Under the pieces are notes generated by a model, which ran no database searches, was not told where the DNA came from, and worked only from the letters and a program-made list of their open reading frames with translations. A DNA stretch of 64,000 nucleotides, from positions 6,880 to 70,879 of the forward strand of contig JBIILS010000001.1 in assembly GCA_044232585.1 (NCBI GenBank), written 5' to 3'. The first letter of the stretch is position 1. Every line of letters starts with the position of its first letter. The position numbers and the translations under genes were made by a program. The stretch comes from Ilumatobacteraceae bacterium (GTDB taxonomy: Bacteria; Actinomycetota; Acidimicrobiia; Acidimicrobiales; Ilumatobacteraceae). Positions 30,306 through 41,325 of this stretch are shown here, piece after piece.

Positions 30306-31477
30306 GGCAGCAATCCAGCCGTTTTGGATTTCTCCACATTCGCTAAATGTTGGTCATACGTCGTTGCAAAAACATGCCCACCTGCTTCGTCTGCCAAGAC
30401 GTAATACAAGTATTCACATTTCACACCAACGGGTAGGCCGACGCATGCAGAATCGCTAGCTGGAGGCGCTCCAAAAGGTGCCAGAGCCGCCTGAATAGAT
30501 GCTTTACCCGGGTTTGCAATTGGAGTCGGAGGCAACCCTGCGTTGATGTACGTGTTGTACGGCGTATCAGTGGCCTTCATCTCAGTCCATGTCATCGCCG
30601 GATCTTGGCCGTACTTCACTGAAGCATCTATCTCTAGTTTCATCTTCTTTGCCAATCGGTTGTAGATGACTTGAGCGATCTTTGAACGATCATCAGCAAC
30701 CTTTGCCTCACGCTCAATCAACGAAGCAATGATCAAGACTTCATATGGACTAAAGCCTCTTGCTTTAGCCCCGGCTGCCAGATCAACCTGACGTGAAACT
30801 CGCTCCATCATGGAAACCAAACGAGCAACCACACGAGACTCCGTATCGTCTCCCGAAATTTGATACGTGTCGGGGAATAACAAACCCTCTAACGAACTGA
30901 CGTCCTTTGGCCGTAATGACGATTCAGTGTCACTACTGTTGGCGGCCGCCAAGAACTCTTCAGAATTCATGAAAGTCATCTTTTCGGAAAGTCTCCGTGC
31001 CATTTGAGCAATTGTCATTCCTTCAGGAAATGTGACGGAGATGAACGTCTGAGCAGGCGGAGTTGATAGTGCTTCAACAATGGAACCCGCATTATCTCTT
31101 GGCTTCAATGCGTAATATCCAGGCGTCAGAGCAATTGCCCCCTTAGTTGAGACATACCACCGAAAGATTGTCGCATTACTAATGACGCCGGCTTCTTCTA
31201 GCCGTGAAGCGACGGACGAAATAGTGTCGCCCTCGTTCACCGTGAAGTTCACGGCAATGCCAGGTGTGCCTGATGGATTCAGAACTCGAACTGCCCACCA
31301 ACCGAACGCCCCAAGCAACAGCATTGAAGAAGCAACCACGATGGCCACTGTGCGAGTTACTCCACGCAGATGGCGTAACTCAGGAGGCATTGATTCGAGC
31401 GCCTCTTCAGGTACGTCAGACACTCGATCCCATGGGTCGTCATGCCAGTTGTTCGGCAGTAGCGGATCGCCTGTCAT
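30302..31477 (-). CDS. mltG: endolytic murein transglycosylase MltG (YceG family)
   Basis: 391 aa. N-terminal transmembrane helix, LEGLLFPDTY, ASLIEREA. Confidence 0.9.
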   Translation of the reverse strand: MTGDPLLPNNWHDDPWDRVSDVPEEALESMPPELRHLRGVTRTVAIVVASSMLLLGAFGWWAVRVLNPSGTPGIAVNFTVNEGDTISSVASRLEEAGVISNATIFRWYVSTKGAIALTPGYYALKPRDNAGSIVEALSTPPAQTFISVTFPEGMTIAQMARRLSEKMTFMNSEEFLAAANSSDTESSLRPKDVSSLEGLLFPDTYQISGDDTESRVVARLVSMMERVSRQVDLAAGAKARGFSPYEVLIIASLIEREAKVADDRSKIAQVIYNRLAKKMKLEIDASVKYGQDPAMTWTEMKATDTPYNTYINAGLPPTPIANPGKASIQAALAPFGAPPASDSACVGLPVGVKCEYLYYVLADEAGGHVFATTYDQHLANVEKSKTAGLLP

Positions 31478-31902
31478 GAGTCAGCCAAATGCGCTTGAGT
31501 ATCTAGCCATGATTGCAACATGACCGCCGCTGCAACTTTGTCAACCACACGGCGGCGCGCCTGAGCATTCATTTTTTGTTCCATGAGGACTCGATCTGCT
31601 TCCACCGTTGTCAGGCGTTCATCATGAACATGAACAGGCACTCCCACAACCGTAGCCATGCGCGCTGCTTCGACACGGGCAGCTTGTGCGGCCTTTCCTT
31701 CTGAACCGTCCATATTTAATGGCAGTCCAACAATGACCGCTTCCGCTTCTTCTTCAACCACCATCTTTGCGATGTTGCGATGATCGCCCCCCATGGAACC
31801 ACATCTCTTCAAGACTGTGTATGGAGTTGCAATAGTTCCGCTGCGATCAGACGTTGCGATACCAATTCGCTTCGAACCGAGATCGATGCCAAGCACTCTC
31901 AC
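31474..31902 (-). CDS. ruvX: Holliday junction resolvase-like putative pre-16S rRNA nuclease RuvX/YqgF
   Basis: 142 aa. MRVLGIDLGSKRIGIA. Confidence 0.93.
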   Translation of the reverse strand: MRVLGIDLGSKRIGIATSDRSGTIATPYTVLKRCGSMGGDHRNIAKMVVEEEAEAVIVGLPLNMDGSEGKAAQAARVEAARMATVVGVPVHVHDERLTTVEADRVLMEQKMNAQARRRVVDKVAAAVMLQSWLDTQAHLADS

Positions 31903-31905
31903 GAA

Positions 31906-34539
31906 TTATGCAATCGAACCGATGGCGGCTCGGGTCTTGTCCCGCGCAAGTTGTAACGCTTCGTCGAGCGCGGCTGGATTCTTACCACCTGCTGTCGCAA
32001 TGTCGCCTTTGCCGCCACCGCCTCCGCCAACGGCCGCGGCTGCTTCCTTGATCAGTTCAGATGCATTGCCCTTTACTGCAGACGTGGTGGCAGCTACGAG
32101 TGACACTCCACCGGTGTCAGTAACAGCACCAACAATGACAGCAACAATGCCCGGTTGTTGGCGAATAGCGATGGCAAGGTCGCGCACATCACCTGCCGTT
32201 AGCCCATCAACACGTGCCACAACGAGACCATCTATTGCTGTGGCGGCTAATTCAACTGCTCGGCCCACGGATAACTTCCCACGCAAAACCTTTATCTCAT
32301 CATTCGCAGCTTTTAGTTCATCAAGCCTGCGCGACACACCGGCCACAGCTTCATCGGGACGTACGCCGACGGCTTGGGATATTTCATTCAGAATGGCATC
32401 ATTTCGCTGCATGTACGACACGGCATTTGCGCCAGTGACAGCTTCAATACGACGCAAGTTCGAACCGATTGAGGACTCACCAATAATTTTGATGAAGCCA
32501 ATGTCGCCGGTGGCCGACACATGTGTTCCTCCACACAGTTCAGTTGATGAGCCCGCGTTCAAGACACGCACCACATCGCCGTATTTATCACCAAAGAATG
32601 CAATAGCCCCCGCAGCTAATGCCTCTTCTTTAGAAGACTCCGTGGCTGTGACGGGTGAATTTGCCAATACCTGAGCGTTTGCAATCATCTCAATCTTGAT
32701 GATCTCTTCAGCAGTAACGGCATCGTAGTGACTGAAGTCGAAACGCAAACGATCGGGTGAAACGAGCGAACCTGCCTGTTTTACGTGCTCGCCCAAAACC
32801 GTACGAAGCGCCCAATGAAGTACGTGAGTACCTGTGTGGTTTCTGCGGGTAGCTGTACGTGCGTCAACATCGATTCGAGCCGTGACTGCTACTCCTTCAG
32901 CGGGGTCGCCTGACACGACTCGACATACGTGGCGACGAAGTCCTGGTAATGCGAAGTTCACATCAACGACGGACAACTCGAAACCGTCACCGACAATGGT
33001 GCCAATATCACCGACTTGACCGCCACTTTCTGCATAGAACGGAGTGTGGTCTAGGAAAACTTCGACTAACGAGTCGTCACCATCGATGACGGCAAGGACA
33101 GTTGACTCAGATGAGTCATGAACATATCCAACGAACTCGGTGACTCCATGTGTTTCCATTACCTCGCGGTATGCCTCTACTCGGTCGGCATCAGATCGAC
33201 CTGACTTACGTGCGCTCTTGGCTCGTGTCTTTTGTTCGTTCATCTCTGACTGAAAACCTGCAATGTCTACTTCGACACCACGCTCACTGGCAATTTCCTG
33301 AGTCAGTTCCAATGGAAAACCATACGTGTCGTGCAGCAAAAATGCAGATGTACCGGACAGTTTTTTGTTACCGCCAGACAGATCATCTTCAAGAATGGAC
33401 AAACCCGTCTTCAAGGTATGACGGAAACGTTCTTCTTCCTTTGTCAGTACTCCCAACACGAAGTCTTTATTCTTCGCAATATCGGGATAGGCATTAGCCA
33501 TAACATCAATCGCGGTATTGGCCAACGATGGCATTACAAGTTTCTCAGTACCAAGCAAATAAGCGTGTCGGACTGCGCGACGAATAATTCGTCGCAGCAC
33601 GTAGCCACGGTTTTCATTACTTGGGAAGACTCCGTCATTGATAAGCATTGCCGCTGAACGTGCGTGTTCAGCCAACACACGAAGACTGAAGCTATTGCGA
33701 TCTTCGTAGTCGCCAATTTTGTAGTGTGCGCCAGTTGTCGACTGCGCTTGCTCAATGATGGGAAACAACACGTCTGTCTCCCACACCGAGTCAACGCCTT
33801 GCACCAACGCCAGAATTCGTTCTAAACCAGCGCCGGTATCGATACTTGGCTTTGGCAGTGGCGAGCGAGAACCATCAGGAGCTTGGTTGTACTGCATGAA
33901 CACCAGGTTCCAGAACTCCATGAATCGATCACCAGTTGGGTCGTTAGCAGGACCACCATCGGGACCGAAAGCTGCGCCTCGGTCGATATGGATCTCAGAA
34001 CACGGACCACATGGGCCCGTATCTCCTGCTTGCCAGAAGTTGTCTTTGTCACCAAGTCTTTGAATGCGATTCATTGGCACTCCGACTTGTTCGTGCCACA
34101 TTGCTTCGGCTTCGTCATCTGATTCATGCACGGTGATCCACAAACGGTCGCCGTCAAAGCCGAAAACCTCTGTTACCAATTCCCATGACCAGGGAATGGC
34201 ATCGGATTTGAAATAGTCACCGAAACTGAAGTTGCCAAGCATTTCGAAAAAGACCAGGTGGCGCTTTGTACGACCGACTTCATCGAGGTCATTATGTTTT
34301 CCTCCGGCACGCACACACTTTTGGACTGTGACAGCACGGTTGTACGGCGCTACTTCGTCTCCCATGAAATATGGTTTGAACGGCACCATTCCAGCCACCG
34401 TGAACAACAAGGTGGGGTCATGAGGAATCAGGCTTGCGGATGGGACAACGGTGTGTCCCTTGTCAGCAAAGTAGCCAGAAAAGGCTCCACGAAGCGCATC
34501 TGCTGAGCGCGGGATACTGGAACTTGTTGACGATGCCAT
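31906..34539 (-). CDS. alaS: alanine--tRNA ligase
   Basis: 877 aa. FTVAGMVPFKPYF, an editing domain with HTGTHVLH, and a C-terminal DHHA1-like domain. Confidence 0.98.
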   Translation of the reverse strand: MASSTSSSIPRSADALRGAFSGYFADKGHTVVPSASLIPHDPTLLFTVAGMVPFKPYFMGDEVAPYNRAVTVQKCVRAGGKHNDLDEVGRTKRHLVFFEMLGNFSFGDYFKSDAIPWSWELVTEVFGFDGDRLWITVHESDDEAEAMWHEQVGVPMNRIQRLGDKDNFWQAGDTGPCGPCSEIHIDRGAAFGPDGGPANDPTGDRFMEFWNLVFMQYNQAPDGSRSPLPKPSIDTGAGLERILALVQGVDSVWETDVLFPIIEQAQSTTGAHYKIGDYEDRNSFSLRVLAEHARSAAMLINDGVFPSNENRGYVLRRIIRRAVRHAYLLGTEKLVMPSLANTAIDVMANAYPDIAKNKDFVLGVLTKEEERFRHTLKTGLSILEDDLSGGNKKLSGTSAFLLHDTYGFPLELTQEIASERGVEVDIAGFQSEMNEQKTRAKSARKSGRSDADRVEAYREVMETHGVTEFVGYVHDSSESTVLAVIDGDDSLVEVFLDHTPFYAESGGQVGDIGTIVGDGFELSVVDVNFALPGLRRHVCRVVSGDPAEGVAVTARIDVDARTATRRNHTGTHVLHWALRTVLGEHVKQAGSLVSPDRLRFDFSHYDAVTAEEIIKIEMIANAQVLANSPVTATESSKEEALAAGAIAFFGDKYGDVVRVLNAGSSTELCGGTHVSATGDIGFIKIIGESSIGSNLRRIEAVTGANAVSYMQRNDAILNEISQAVGVRPDEAVAGVSRRLDELKAANDEIKVLRGKLSVGRAVELAATAIDGLVVARVDGLTAGDVRDLAIAIRQQPGIVAVIVGAVTDTGGVSLVAATTSAVKGNASELIKEAAAAVGGGGGGKGDIATAGGKNPAALDEALQLARDKTRAAIGSIA

Positions 34540-34551
34540 GAAGGCACCATC

Positions 34552-34854
34552 TTAGCGATGGCTGGTTCTCTGGCGGGGTGGGTTATGACGTCGCGTCGGA
34601 GCGTTTGAAGAACTGGACAAGGACGGAGGCATTGATGACGGTCTCGATGCTTCCCTATTGCGCAGTGCATCAATCAAAGACAGCACGCCATCTGATAACG
34701 CCATAACGCTTCGTCTCACTCCTGCGGCAATGGCGTCAGTGATATGGGCCGGGGTCAATTTCTCAGACACAGAGACAATCGTTCGCTTAACCCAGACCAC
34801 AATGCTTGCGCCAGCAACAGCCCCAGACACAAACCAGAACATGCGACGCATCAT
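34552..34854 (-). CDS. small membrane-anchored protein with a disordered Ser/Pro/Arg-rich tail (hypothetical)
   Basis: 100 aa. One N-terminal hydrophobic helix (FWFVSGAVAGASIVVWV). It fills the gap between alaS and rarA, and no family was recognised. Confidence 0.4.
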   Translation of the reverse strand: MMRRMFWFVSGAVAGASIVVWVKRTIVSVSEKLTPAHITDAIAAGVRRSVMALSDGVLSLIDALRNREASRPSSMPPSLSSSSNAPTRRHNPPRQRTSHR

Positions 34855-34875
34855 GATGTCAGCCCTGCTCCAGCG

Positions 34876-36045
34876 TTACGGATGGTCCTCATGGTCTTCA
34901 CGGTAGTACCGCAATTCGCCTAATCCCAATGGGAGATACGACGGAGGCTCAACCGTTGTCGGAGGGGCTTGCCCCGTATGGCCTTCGCGCACATCTGACA
35001 GTGCACGAGATATCGCATCAGTCACAGCACGACTCTTCGGAGCACGAGCCAAGTAAATCACCGCGTGAGCCAGATTCAGTTGCGCCTCTGGTAGCCCGAC
35101 CCTTTCAAGCACCTGCGCTGCTGCAGTCGCTATCAGCAATGCATTGTTGTCAGCTATTCCAATATCTTCACTGGCAAAGATCATCATTCGACGCGCAATG
35201 AAGCGCGGATCCTCCCCCGCTTCAAACATTCTGGCTAACCAATGAAGTGCGACATCTACATCGCTCGCTCTCATGGACTTTATGAATGCAGAAATCACGT
35301 CGTAATGGTCATCACGACCCATTCGCGACACACTGGTATCTAGGGCTGTAGTAGCTGCTGCAATATCAATACGGCCATTTGTGGCGAGCGCACAACACAC
35401 TTCGAAAGCAGTCAAGGCTTGTCGAGCGTCTCCGGTCACACGTCGAGCAATCAATTCGAGTGCATCATCGTCGGCAGGAATACCTTCTATGACTACTGCA
35501 CGATTGAGCAACTCCATAATCGCCTCTGCATCAACCGGCTTAAGAGCAAATACAGACGAACGACTGCGCAGGGCAGGGTTAACAGAGAAGGCAGGGTTTT
35601 CAGTTGTGGCACCGACAAGAGTGATCAGTCCACTTTCCACTGCGTGCAGAAGTGCGTCCTGCTGCACAGTAGAGAACCGATGAATTTCATCCACGAACAC
35701 AACAGTTCCACGATCATCGATTGTGAGCCTCCGGCGCGCAGTCTCGATAACTTCACGAATATCTTTGACTCCTGCAGTCACCGCGCTTAAACGTTCAAAA
35801 CCACGTTGTGTCGTTGAGGCCACAAGTTCAGCAAGTGTGGTTTTTCCTGTGCCGGGCGGGCCCCACACAATGATTGATGACAAACGATCGCTCTCTATCA
35901 ATCTGCGCAATGGACCCGTCGGCCCGACTAGATGACTCTGACCTACAACATCGTCAAGAGAACGTGGTCGCATTCGTGCAGCAAGCGGAGATCTAGCAGC
36001 GAGCCGATCTTCTGAAGATGAAGAAAAGAGGTCAGGCGAATCCAC
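34876..36045 (-). CDS. rarA: replication-associated recombination protein A (AAA+ ATPase)
   Basis: 389 aa. GPPGTGKTTLA, VVFVDEIHRF, and a MgsA C-terminal domain. Confidence 0.93.
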   Translation of the reverse strand: MDSPDLFSSSSEDRLAARSPLAARMRPRSLDDVVGQSHLVGPTGPLRRLIESDRLSSIIVWGPPGTGKTTLAELVASTTQRGFERLSAVTAGVKDIREVIETARRRLTIDDRGTVVFVDEIHRFSTVQQDALLHAVESGLITLVGATTENPAFSVNPALRSRSSVFALKPVDAEAIMELLNRAVVIEGIPADDDALELIARRVTGDARQALTAFEVCCALATNGRIDIAAATTALDTSVSRMGRDDHYDVISAFIKSMRASDVDVALHWLARMFEAGEDPRFIARRMMIFASEDIGIADNNALLIATAAAQVLERVGLPEAQLNLAHAVIYLARAPKSRAVTDAISRALSDVREGHTGQAPPTTVEPPSYLPLGLGELRYYREDHEDHP

Positions 36046-36047
36046 GA

Positions 36048-37811
36048 CTACGACGAAGCAGGAGGTGGAAGCAACCGCAGACCCAGATCAGCAAGATGCG
36101 AAGGATCAACAGGCGTTGGCGCATTTGTCATTGGGTCTGAACCGCTTTGAGTCTTTGGAAATGCAATCACTTCGCGAATGTTTTCTTCACCAGCCAAAAT
36201 CGCGGCCAGACGATCAATTCCGAATGCGAATCCACCATGTGGAGGTGCTCCATATTTGAACGGCTGCAAGAAGAATCCGAAGCGCTTATCAGCTTCTTCG
36301 TCACTGATGCCCAGTTGGTTGAATACCCGACGTTGCATTTCAGGCTCATGAATACGAATAGAACCAGAACCAAGTTCCCAACCGTTCAAAACGAGGTCAT
36401 ACGCAAGCGCACGCACTTTTAGAGGATCAGTATCAAATAGCTCCATGTCGTCAGGATGAGGATGACAGAACGGGTGATGCCCCGGACGAGGACGTCCAGA
36501 GATTGGATCAATTCCGATAAACAACGGGAACTCCGTGACCCAAACGTATTTGTATGGACCTTCATGAACCGGCGGACGGCCAATGTCATTTCGCAGTTGG
36601 CCAAGCACTTCACACGTGGTATCCCATTCGTCTGCAACCAACAAGAGGAGGTCACCCTCGGCTGCACCCATTGCAGACACCAACGCACTCTTTTCATCAT
36701 CGCTGAGGAACTTGGCGACTGGTGAATCAATAGCGCCGCCGGCACCAATCTTCATCCATACAAGACCTTTTGCGCCGATCTTCTTTGCGCGATCTGTAAG
36801 AGCATCCAATTTATTGCGGCCATATGCCGCTGCATCTGGGTAGGTCTTTGCATCAACACAAATGCCCTTAATGCACGATGCACCTGCGAACGCCTTGAAT
36901 TCGGTTCCTGCAAAAAGCGGTGTCAATTCAACAAGTTCCATTGCAAATCGAAGGTCTGGTTTATCAATTCCAAATCGATTCATGGCGTCGTGCCAAGTAA
37001 TGCGTTCAATCTCGGGAGGGGCTTCTCCTGTAACGGCTATTGCTGCTGCAACTACTGCACGTCCAATGTTTTCCAGCACATCATCTTGCGAGACGAACGA
37101 CATCTCTGCGTCAAGTTGCATGAATTCGTATTGGCGGTCAGCTCGTAAATCTTCGTCTCGAAGACACCGGGCTATCTGGTAATACCTGTCAACGCCTGCC
37201 ACCATGAGCAATTGCTTCCATAGCTGAGGCGACTGCGGCAAAGCGAAGAATGAACCAGGCTCCTTTCGAGAAGGAACAAGAAACTCACGTGCACCTTCAG
37301 GAGTGGAAGGCATCAAGAAGGGAGTTTCAACTTCAACGAATCCGTTGGTTTCCATTTCCTTGCGAATAGCACTGTTGATTTGTGCACGCACACGCAAATT
37401 CTTTTGCATCCGTTCACGACGGATATCGAGGTATCGATATTTCAGGCGAATCATTTCATCGACATCATCTGCACGCGCATCAACTGGAAATGGTGGTGGC
37501 TCAGCAGAGTTCAGAACCTCAACAACACAGTCACCTATCTCCACCATGCCAGTAGTAAGCGATGTGTTGATGGTTCCATCGGGGCGAGCCCGCACGACTC
37601 CGGTAACCCTGATGACATATTCACTACGAACATCAACATCATTGTCGACCACACATTGCATGATTCCGGAATGATCACGAATGTCCAAGAAAGCAAGGTG
37701 TTCACCGTGTTCACGGCGACGTGCAACCCATCCGCAGAGGGAAACTGTCTGCCCAACGCTTGCTATATCTAATTCTCCACACATGTGTGTTCGCATTGCA
37801 GTGGATCTCAT
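36048..37811 (-). CDS. aspS: aspartate--tRNA ligase
   Basis: 587 aa. OB-fold N-domain and class II motifs (FQIARCLRDEDLRADRQ, GGFAFGIDRL). Confidence 0.97.
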   Translation of the reverse strand: MRSTAMRTHMCGELDIASVGQTVSLCGWVARRREHGEHLAFLDIRDHSGIMQCVVDNDVDVRSEYVIRVTGVVRARPDGTINTSLTTGMVEIGDCVVEVLNSAEPPPFPVDARADDVDEMIRLKYRYLDIRRERMQKNLRVRAQINSAIRKEMETNGFVEVETPFLMPSTPEGAREFLVPSRKEPGSFFALPQSPQLWKQLLMVAGVDRYYQIARCLRDEDLRADRQYEFMQLDAEMSFVSQDDVLENIGRAVVAAAIAVTGEAPPEIERITWHDAMNRFGIDKPDLRFAMELVELTPLFAGTEFKAFAGASCIKGICVDAKTYPDAAAYGRNKLDALTDRAKKIGAKGLVWMKIGAGGAIDSPVAKFLSDDEKSALVSAMGAAEGDLLLLVADEWDTTCEVLGQLRNDIGRPPVHEGPYKYVWVTEFPLFIGIDPISGRPRPGHHPFCHPHPDDMELFDTDPLKVRALAYDLVLNGWELGSGSIRIHEPEMQRRVFNQLGISDEEADKRFGFFLQPFKYGAPPHGGFAFGIDRLAAILAGEENIREVIAFPKTQSGSDPMTNAPTPVDPSHLADLGLRLLPPPASS

Positions 37812-39091
37812 GGGGTGTGCCGCCTTGGCTGTCTCGGTCCAAGAACTGTCGTCAGATGATTCTGAAGTTCGGTTAATGGAATAGTTGTTTGTTCGGAGGT
37901 GGCAAGATTGCGCACGGTGCAGGTGGACTCTTCTGCTTCTGTTTCGCCAATAATCACCGCGACCTGTGCCCCGCTTCGATCAGCGCTCTTCATCTGTGAC
38001 TTCATGCTTCGAGCTTCAAAAGCGCGATCTGACGAGAAACCGTTGTGGCGTAATTGATGGGTGACGGAAAGAGCATGGCTTCCACCCGTGGTGTCAATGA
38101 CAAAAACATCTAACACTGGAAATCCGTAGGTAAAGCATTCTTCGGCATCACATGCAAGCAAGGTGCGATCAACTCCGAGAGCAAAACCAATACCTGGTGT
38201 TGCAGGGCCACCCAAATCTTCGACGAGACCGTCATAGCGACCTCCACCACCAACTGCATTCTGTGCAGAGTCAAGTGATCCGGAGACAAATTCAAAAGTT
38301 GTTCGCTGGTAATAATCAAGACCACGAACAAGGCGCTCATTGACAACGTACGGAATATTCAGTGTGTCGAGCCCCGCACACACCGCTGCAAAGTGTGCCG
38401 ATGCATCAGTGCTAAGAAATGCCCCAATTGTTGGCGCACCAGCAATAGCGGCCGCATCTTGTGGCCTCTTAGAATCAAGAACACGCAGTGGATTGCGTTC
38501 TAATGTCGCAAGTGCTTGTTCGCTCAGAGTTTCACTTTGGGCTTTGAAATAGTCACCAAGAGCCGCGATATACCTACCGCGATCACCTGCATCACCAAGC
38601 GAGTTCACAATGAGAGAAACATTCCGTAACCCAATTGCTTTGTAAAAATCCCAACCAAGGGCAATGACTTCTACGTCTAGCTGAGAATCGTCAACTCCAA
38701 GAACTTCGATACCGACTTGGTCAAATTGGCGGTAACGACCAGCTTGAGGTCGTTCGTAGCGAAAGTTCGGACCTGAGTACCACACCTTCCATGGAGGCGT
38801 GGGGCGGTGTTGCGCGAATGCCCGACACACGCTGGCAGTGTGCTCTGGGCGCAGAGCAATATGGCGACCACCTTTGTCCGTAAAGTCATACATCTCCTTG
38901 GTGACTACGTCAGTTGCGTCACCAAGACGCTGGAATACTCCGAGATCTTCGAACATCGGCGGAATGATGTTCTGATAGCCGGCTGATTCGACACCGTCAG
39001 CAAAGACTTGCACCAAGGCACGCCATCTGCCCGCATGAGGAGGCAAGATATCGCGGGTTCCCGGACTTGTTTGAAACGATGACACAGCCAA
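37808..39091 (-). CDS. hisS: histidine--tRNA ligase
   Basis: 427 aa. GTRDILP, LRPEHTASV, GGGRYDGL. Confidence 0.97.
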   Translation of the reverse strand: MAVSSFQTSPGTRDILPPHAGRWRALVQVFADGVESAGYQNIIPPMFEDLGVFQRLGDATDVVTKEMYDFTDKGGRHIALRPEHTASVCRAFAQHRPTPPWKVWYSGPNFRYERPQAGRYRQFDQVGIEVLGVDDSQLDVEVIALGWDFYKAIGLRNVSLIVNSLGDAGDRGRYIAALGDYFKAQSETLSEQALATLERNPLRVLDSKRPQDAAAIAGAPTIGAFLSTDASAHFAAVCAGLDTLNIPYVVNERLVRGLDYYQRTTFEFVSGSLDSAQNAVGGGGRYDGLVEDLGGPATPGIGFALGVDRTLLACDAEECFTYGFPVLDVFVIDTTGGSHALSVTHQLRHNGFSSDRAFEARSMKSQMKSADRSGAQVAVIIGETEAEESTCTVRNLATSEQTTIPLTELQNHLTTVLGPRQPRRHTP

Positions 39092-39096
39092 TCAGG

Positions 39097-41322
39097 CTAG
39101 TCGGACTGCCCACCAGGAACGATGCGATATGCGTCGTACACCGAATCAATTGACTTAATCATCCGCAAAACAGCATCTAGGTGATTGGGATCACCTAGTT
39201 CGAATTCAAATCTCATCTTTGCCACCCGATCAGAGCCGGTGTGGGTGCTACACGCGACGATATTGACGTGTTGTTCAGACAGAGCGTTGGCAACATCGCG
39301 CAGTAGCTTGCTGCGATCAAGGGCAACGACTTCAACGCCCACATTGAACATGGTGCCTGGCGATGTTCTGGCCCATTCCACGTCAATCATTCGAGTGGGT
39401 TCGCCTTCCACCAAAGATTCAGCATTCGCACAGTCGGAGCGATGAATGCTCACTCCCCGACCCTTTGTGATGAACCCAGAAATTTCATCTCCTGGCACGG
39501 GGGTGCAACAACGAGACAAACGTACGAGAACATCTTCAAGGCCCTCAACATGAATTCCTGTTGCGCTTCGCTTTTCAGTAGTGATGAGGTCCATACGCAT
39601 TGGCATGGCCAGCTGTTCATCGCTTCCTTCCCGACGCATTGCTCGACCAATTCTCTGAGCAAAACCACGGGCAGACACATGGTGTTCACCGATAGCGGCA
39701 AACAACGTATCGATGTCAGTCATGTTGAGAGCTTCTAGTTCCTGCAAGAACGCATCAGATGTCCAGATGCGTTGCACGGGAAGGCCTTCTCTACGCAATT
39801 CTGCAGTGAGGTCGTCTCGACCAGATTCGACCATGTCTTCGCGACGCTCACGTGTAAACCAGTTCTTTATCTTGTTCTTTGCCCGAGGCGATTGAACAAA
39901 CCCCAACCAGTCACGTGAAGGGCCCGCACCTTCAACATTGGAAGTAAAGATTTCACACGAGTCTCCGGACACCAAAGTCGAGTCAAGAGACACGAGGCGA
40001 CCATTTACGCGCGCACCAACACATGAGTGCCCAACTTCCGTATGCACGGTGTAGGCAAAGTCCACTGGAGTTGAGTTGATCGGCAACGTAATCACTCTGC
40101 CCTTTGGCGTGAAAACAAATACTTCTTCTTGTTCCAGATCATTCTTCAGGTCGGCCATGAATTCGCCAGGATCTGAAATCTCTGTTTGCCAATCGATAAT
40201 TCGGTTCAACCAATCAGAATCGTTTGTATCTGTGCCCTCTTTGTAGGCAAAGTGGGCCGCAACACCACGTTCGGCTCGTTCATGCATCTCTTGAGTACGA
40301 ATTTGAACCTCAAGCGGACGACCCCCAGGCCCGATCACTGTGGTGTGCAGTGACTGGTACAAGTTGAATTTCGGCATTGCGATGTAATCCTTGAATCGAC
40401 CAACTACAGGTCGCCATTTCCCGTGCAAACAACCGAGCGCGCCATAACAATCACGAACACTGTCAACAACAATTCGGATTGCGACCAGGTCAAAGATGTC
40501 ATCGAAATCTCGATCTTTCTGAACCATCTTTTCATAGATGCTCCAGAGATGCTTCCCGCGCCCGGTCACCTGGGCTTCAATATTTACCTCCGACAACCGG
40601 GCCGACACTTCTGCAATTGCTTTCGCCAAATACAAATCTCGTTCTGGAGTTCTTGTAGAGACTAAGTGATCCAATTCAGCAAAACGCTTTGGATACAACG
40701 CAGCAAAGGACAAATCTTCAAGTTGCTGTTTTACTTCTTGCATTCCCATGCGGTGTGCAAGCGGTGCATAAATATCAAGTGTTTCCTGGGCTGTGCGCTG
40801 TTGCTTCTCAAGTGGAACTCCAGCAAGGGTTCTCATATTGTGCAATCGGTCTGCGAGCTTAATGACTAGCACCCGCATGTCTTTTGCCATAGCAACAAGC
40901 ATCTTTCGCATCGTTGCTGCTTGCTGCGCTTCACGTGAATCAAACTGCAGACGTTCTAACTTGGTGACTCCATCAACAAGCATTGCAACTTCGTCACCAA
41001 AATTACGCTGAACATCATCAAGAGTGATTTCGGTATCTTCTACCGCGTCGTGCAAAAGAGCTGCGGCTAGTGACACTTCATCGAGACCAATGTCAGCGAC
41101 AATACGTGCGACCGCTATCGGATGATTGATGTATGCCTCGCCAGATGAGCGCATCTGATTTGTGTGCGCGACTCGCGCAACCTCATAGGCCCTGTTCACC
41201 AACGACACCGACGCCTTCGGATGGCGACTACGGAAAGAAGTTAAAAGCGGAGCCAACTCTTCGATGGGCGCGTTCTGCTGACGTCTCCAAGGAAGAACTC
41301 GATCGGCAGTACCCATGGTCAA
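39097..41322 (-). CDS. rel: bifunctional (p)ppGpp synthetase/hydrolase Rel
   Basis: 741 aa. HD domain (HPIAVA..., LHDAVEDT), synthetase domain (YQSLHTTV), TGS and ACT domains. Confidence 0.95.
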   Translation of the reverse strand: MTMGTADRVLPWRRQQNAPIEELAPLLTSFRSRHPKASVSLVNRAYEVARVAHTNQMRSSGEAYINHPIAVARIVADIGLDEVSLAAALLHDAVEDTEITLDDVQRNFGDEVAMLVDGVTKLERLQFDSREAQQAATMRKMLVAMAKDMRVLVIKLADRLHNMRTLAGVPLEKQQRTAQETLDIYAPLAHRMGMQEVKQQLEDLSFAALYPKRFAELDHLVSTRTPERDLYLAKAIAEVSARLSEVNIEAQVTGRGKHLWSIYEKMVQKDRDFDDIFDLVAIRIVVDSVRDCYGALGCLHGKWRPVVGRFKDYIAMPKFNLYQSLHTTVIGPGGRPLEVQIRTQEMHERAERGVAAHFAYKEGTDTNDSDWLNRIIDWQTEISDPGEFMADLKNDLEQEEVFVFTPKGRVITLPINSTPVDFAYTVHTEVGHSCVGARVNGRLVSLDSTLVSGDSCEIFTSNVEGAGPSRDWLGFVQSPRAKNKIKNWFTRERREDMVESGRDDLTAELRREGLPVQRIWTSDAFLQELEALNMTDIDTLFAAIGEHHVSARGFAQRIGRAMRREGSDEQLAMPMRMDLITTEKRSATGIHVEGLEDVLVRLSRCCTPVPGDEISGFITKGRGVSIHRSDCANAESLVEGEPTRMIDVEWARTSPGTMFNVGVEVVALDRSKLLRDVANALSEQHVNIVACSTHTGSDRVAKMRFEFELGDPNHLDAVLRMIKSIDSVYDAYRIVPGGQSD

Positions 41323-41325
41323 AGG

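Noticed and set aside
31793-32674. Long plus-strand ORF (293 aa) rich in Ala/Pro/Ser/Thr, plus similar antisense ORFs at 2459..3127, 5305..5916, 12068..12784, 53324..53989 and 55788..56396
   Set aside because: Each lies entirely antisense to a well-supported conserved gene (alaS, pheT, rpmI/infC, metK, pimA, the MIP gene). Their composition is low-complexity with no recognisable motifs. This is the usual shadow-ORF artefact.
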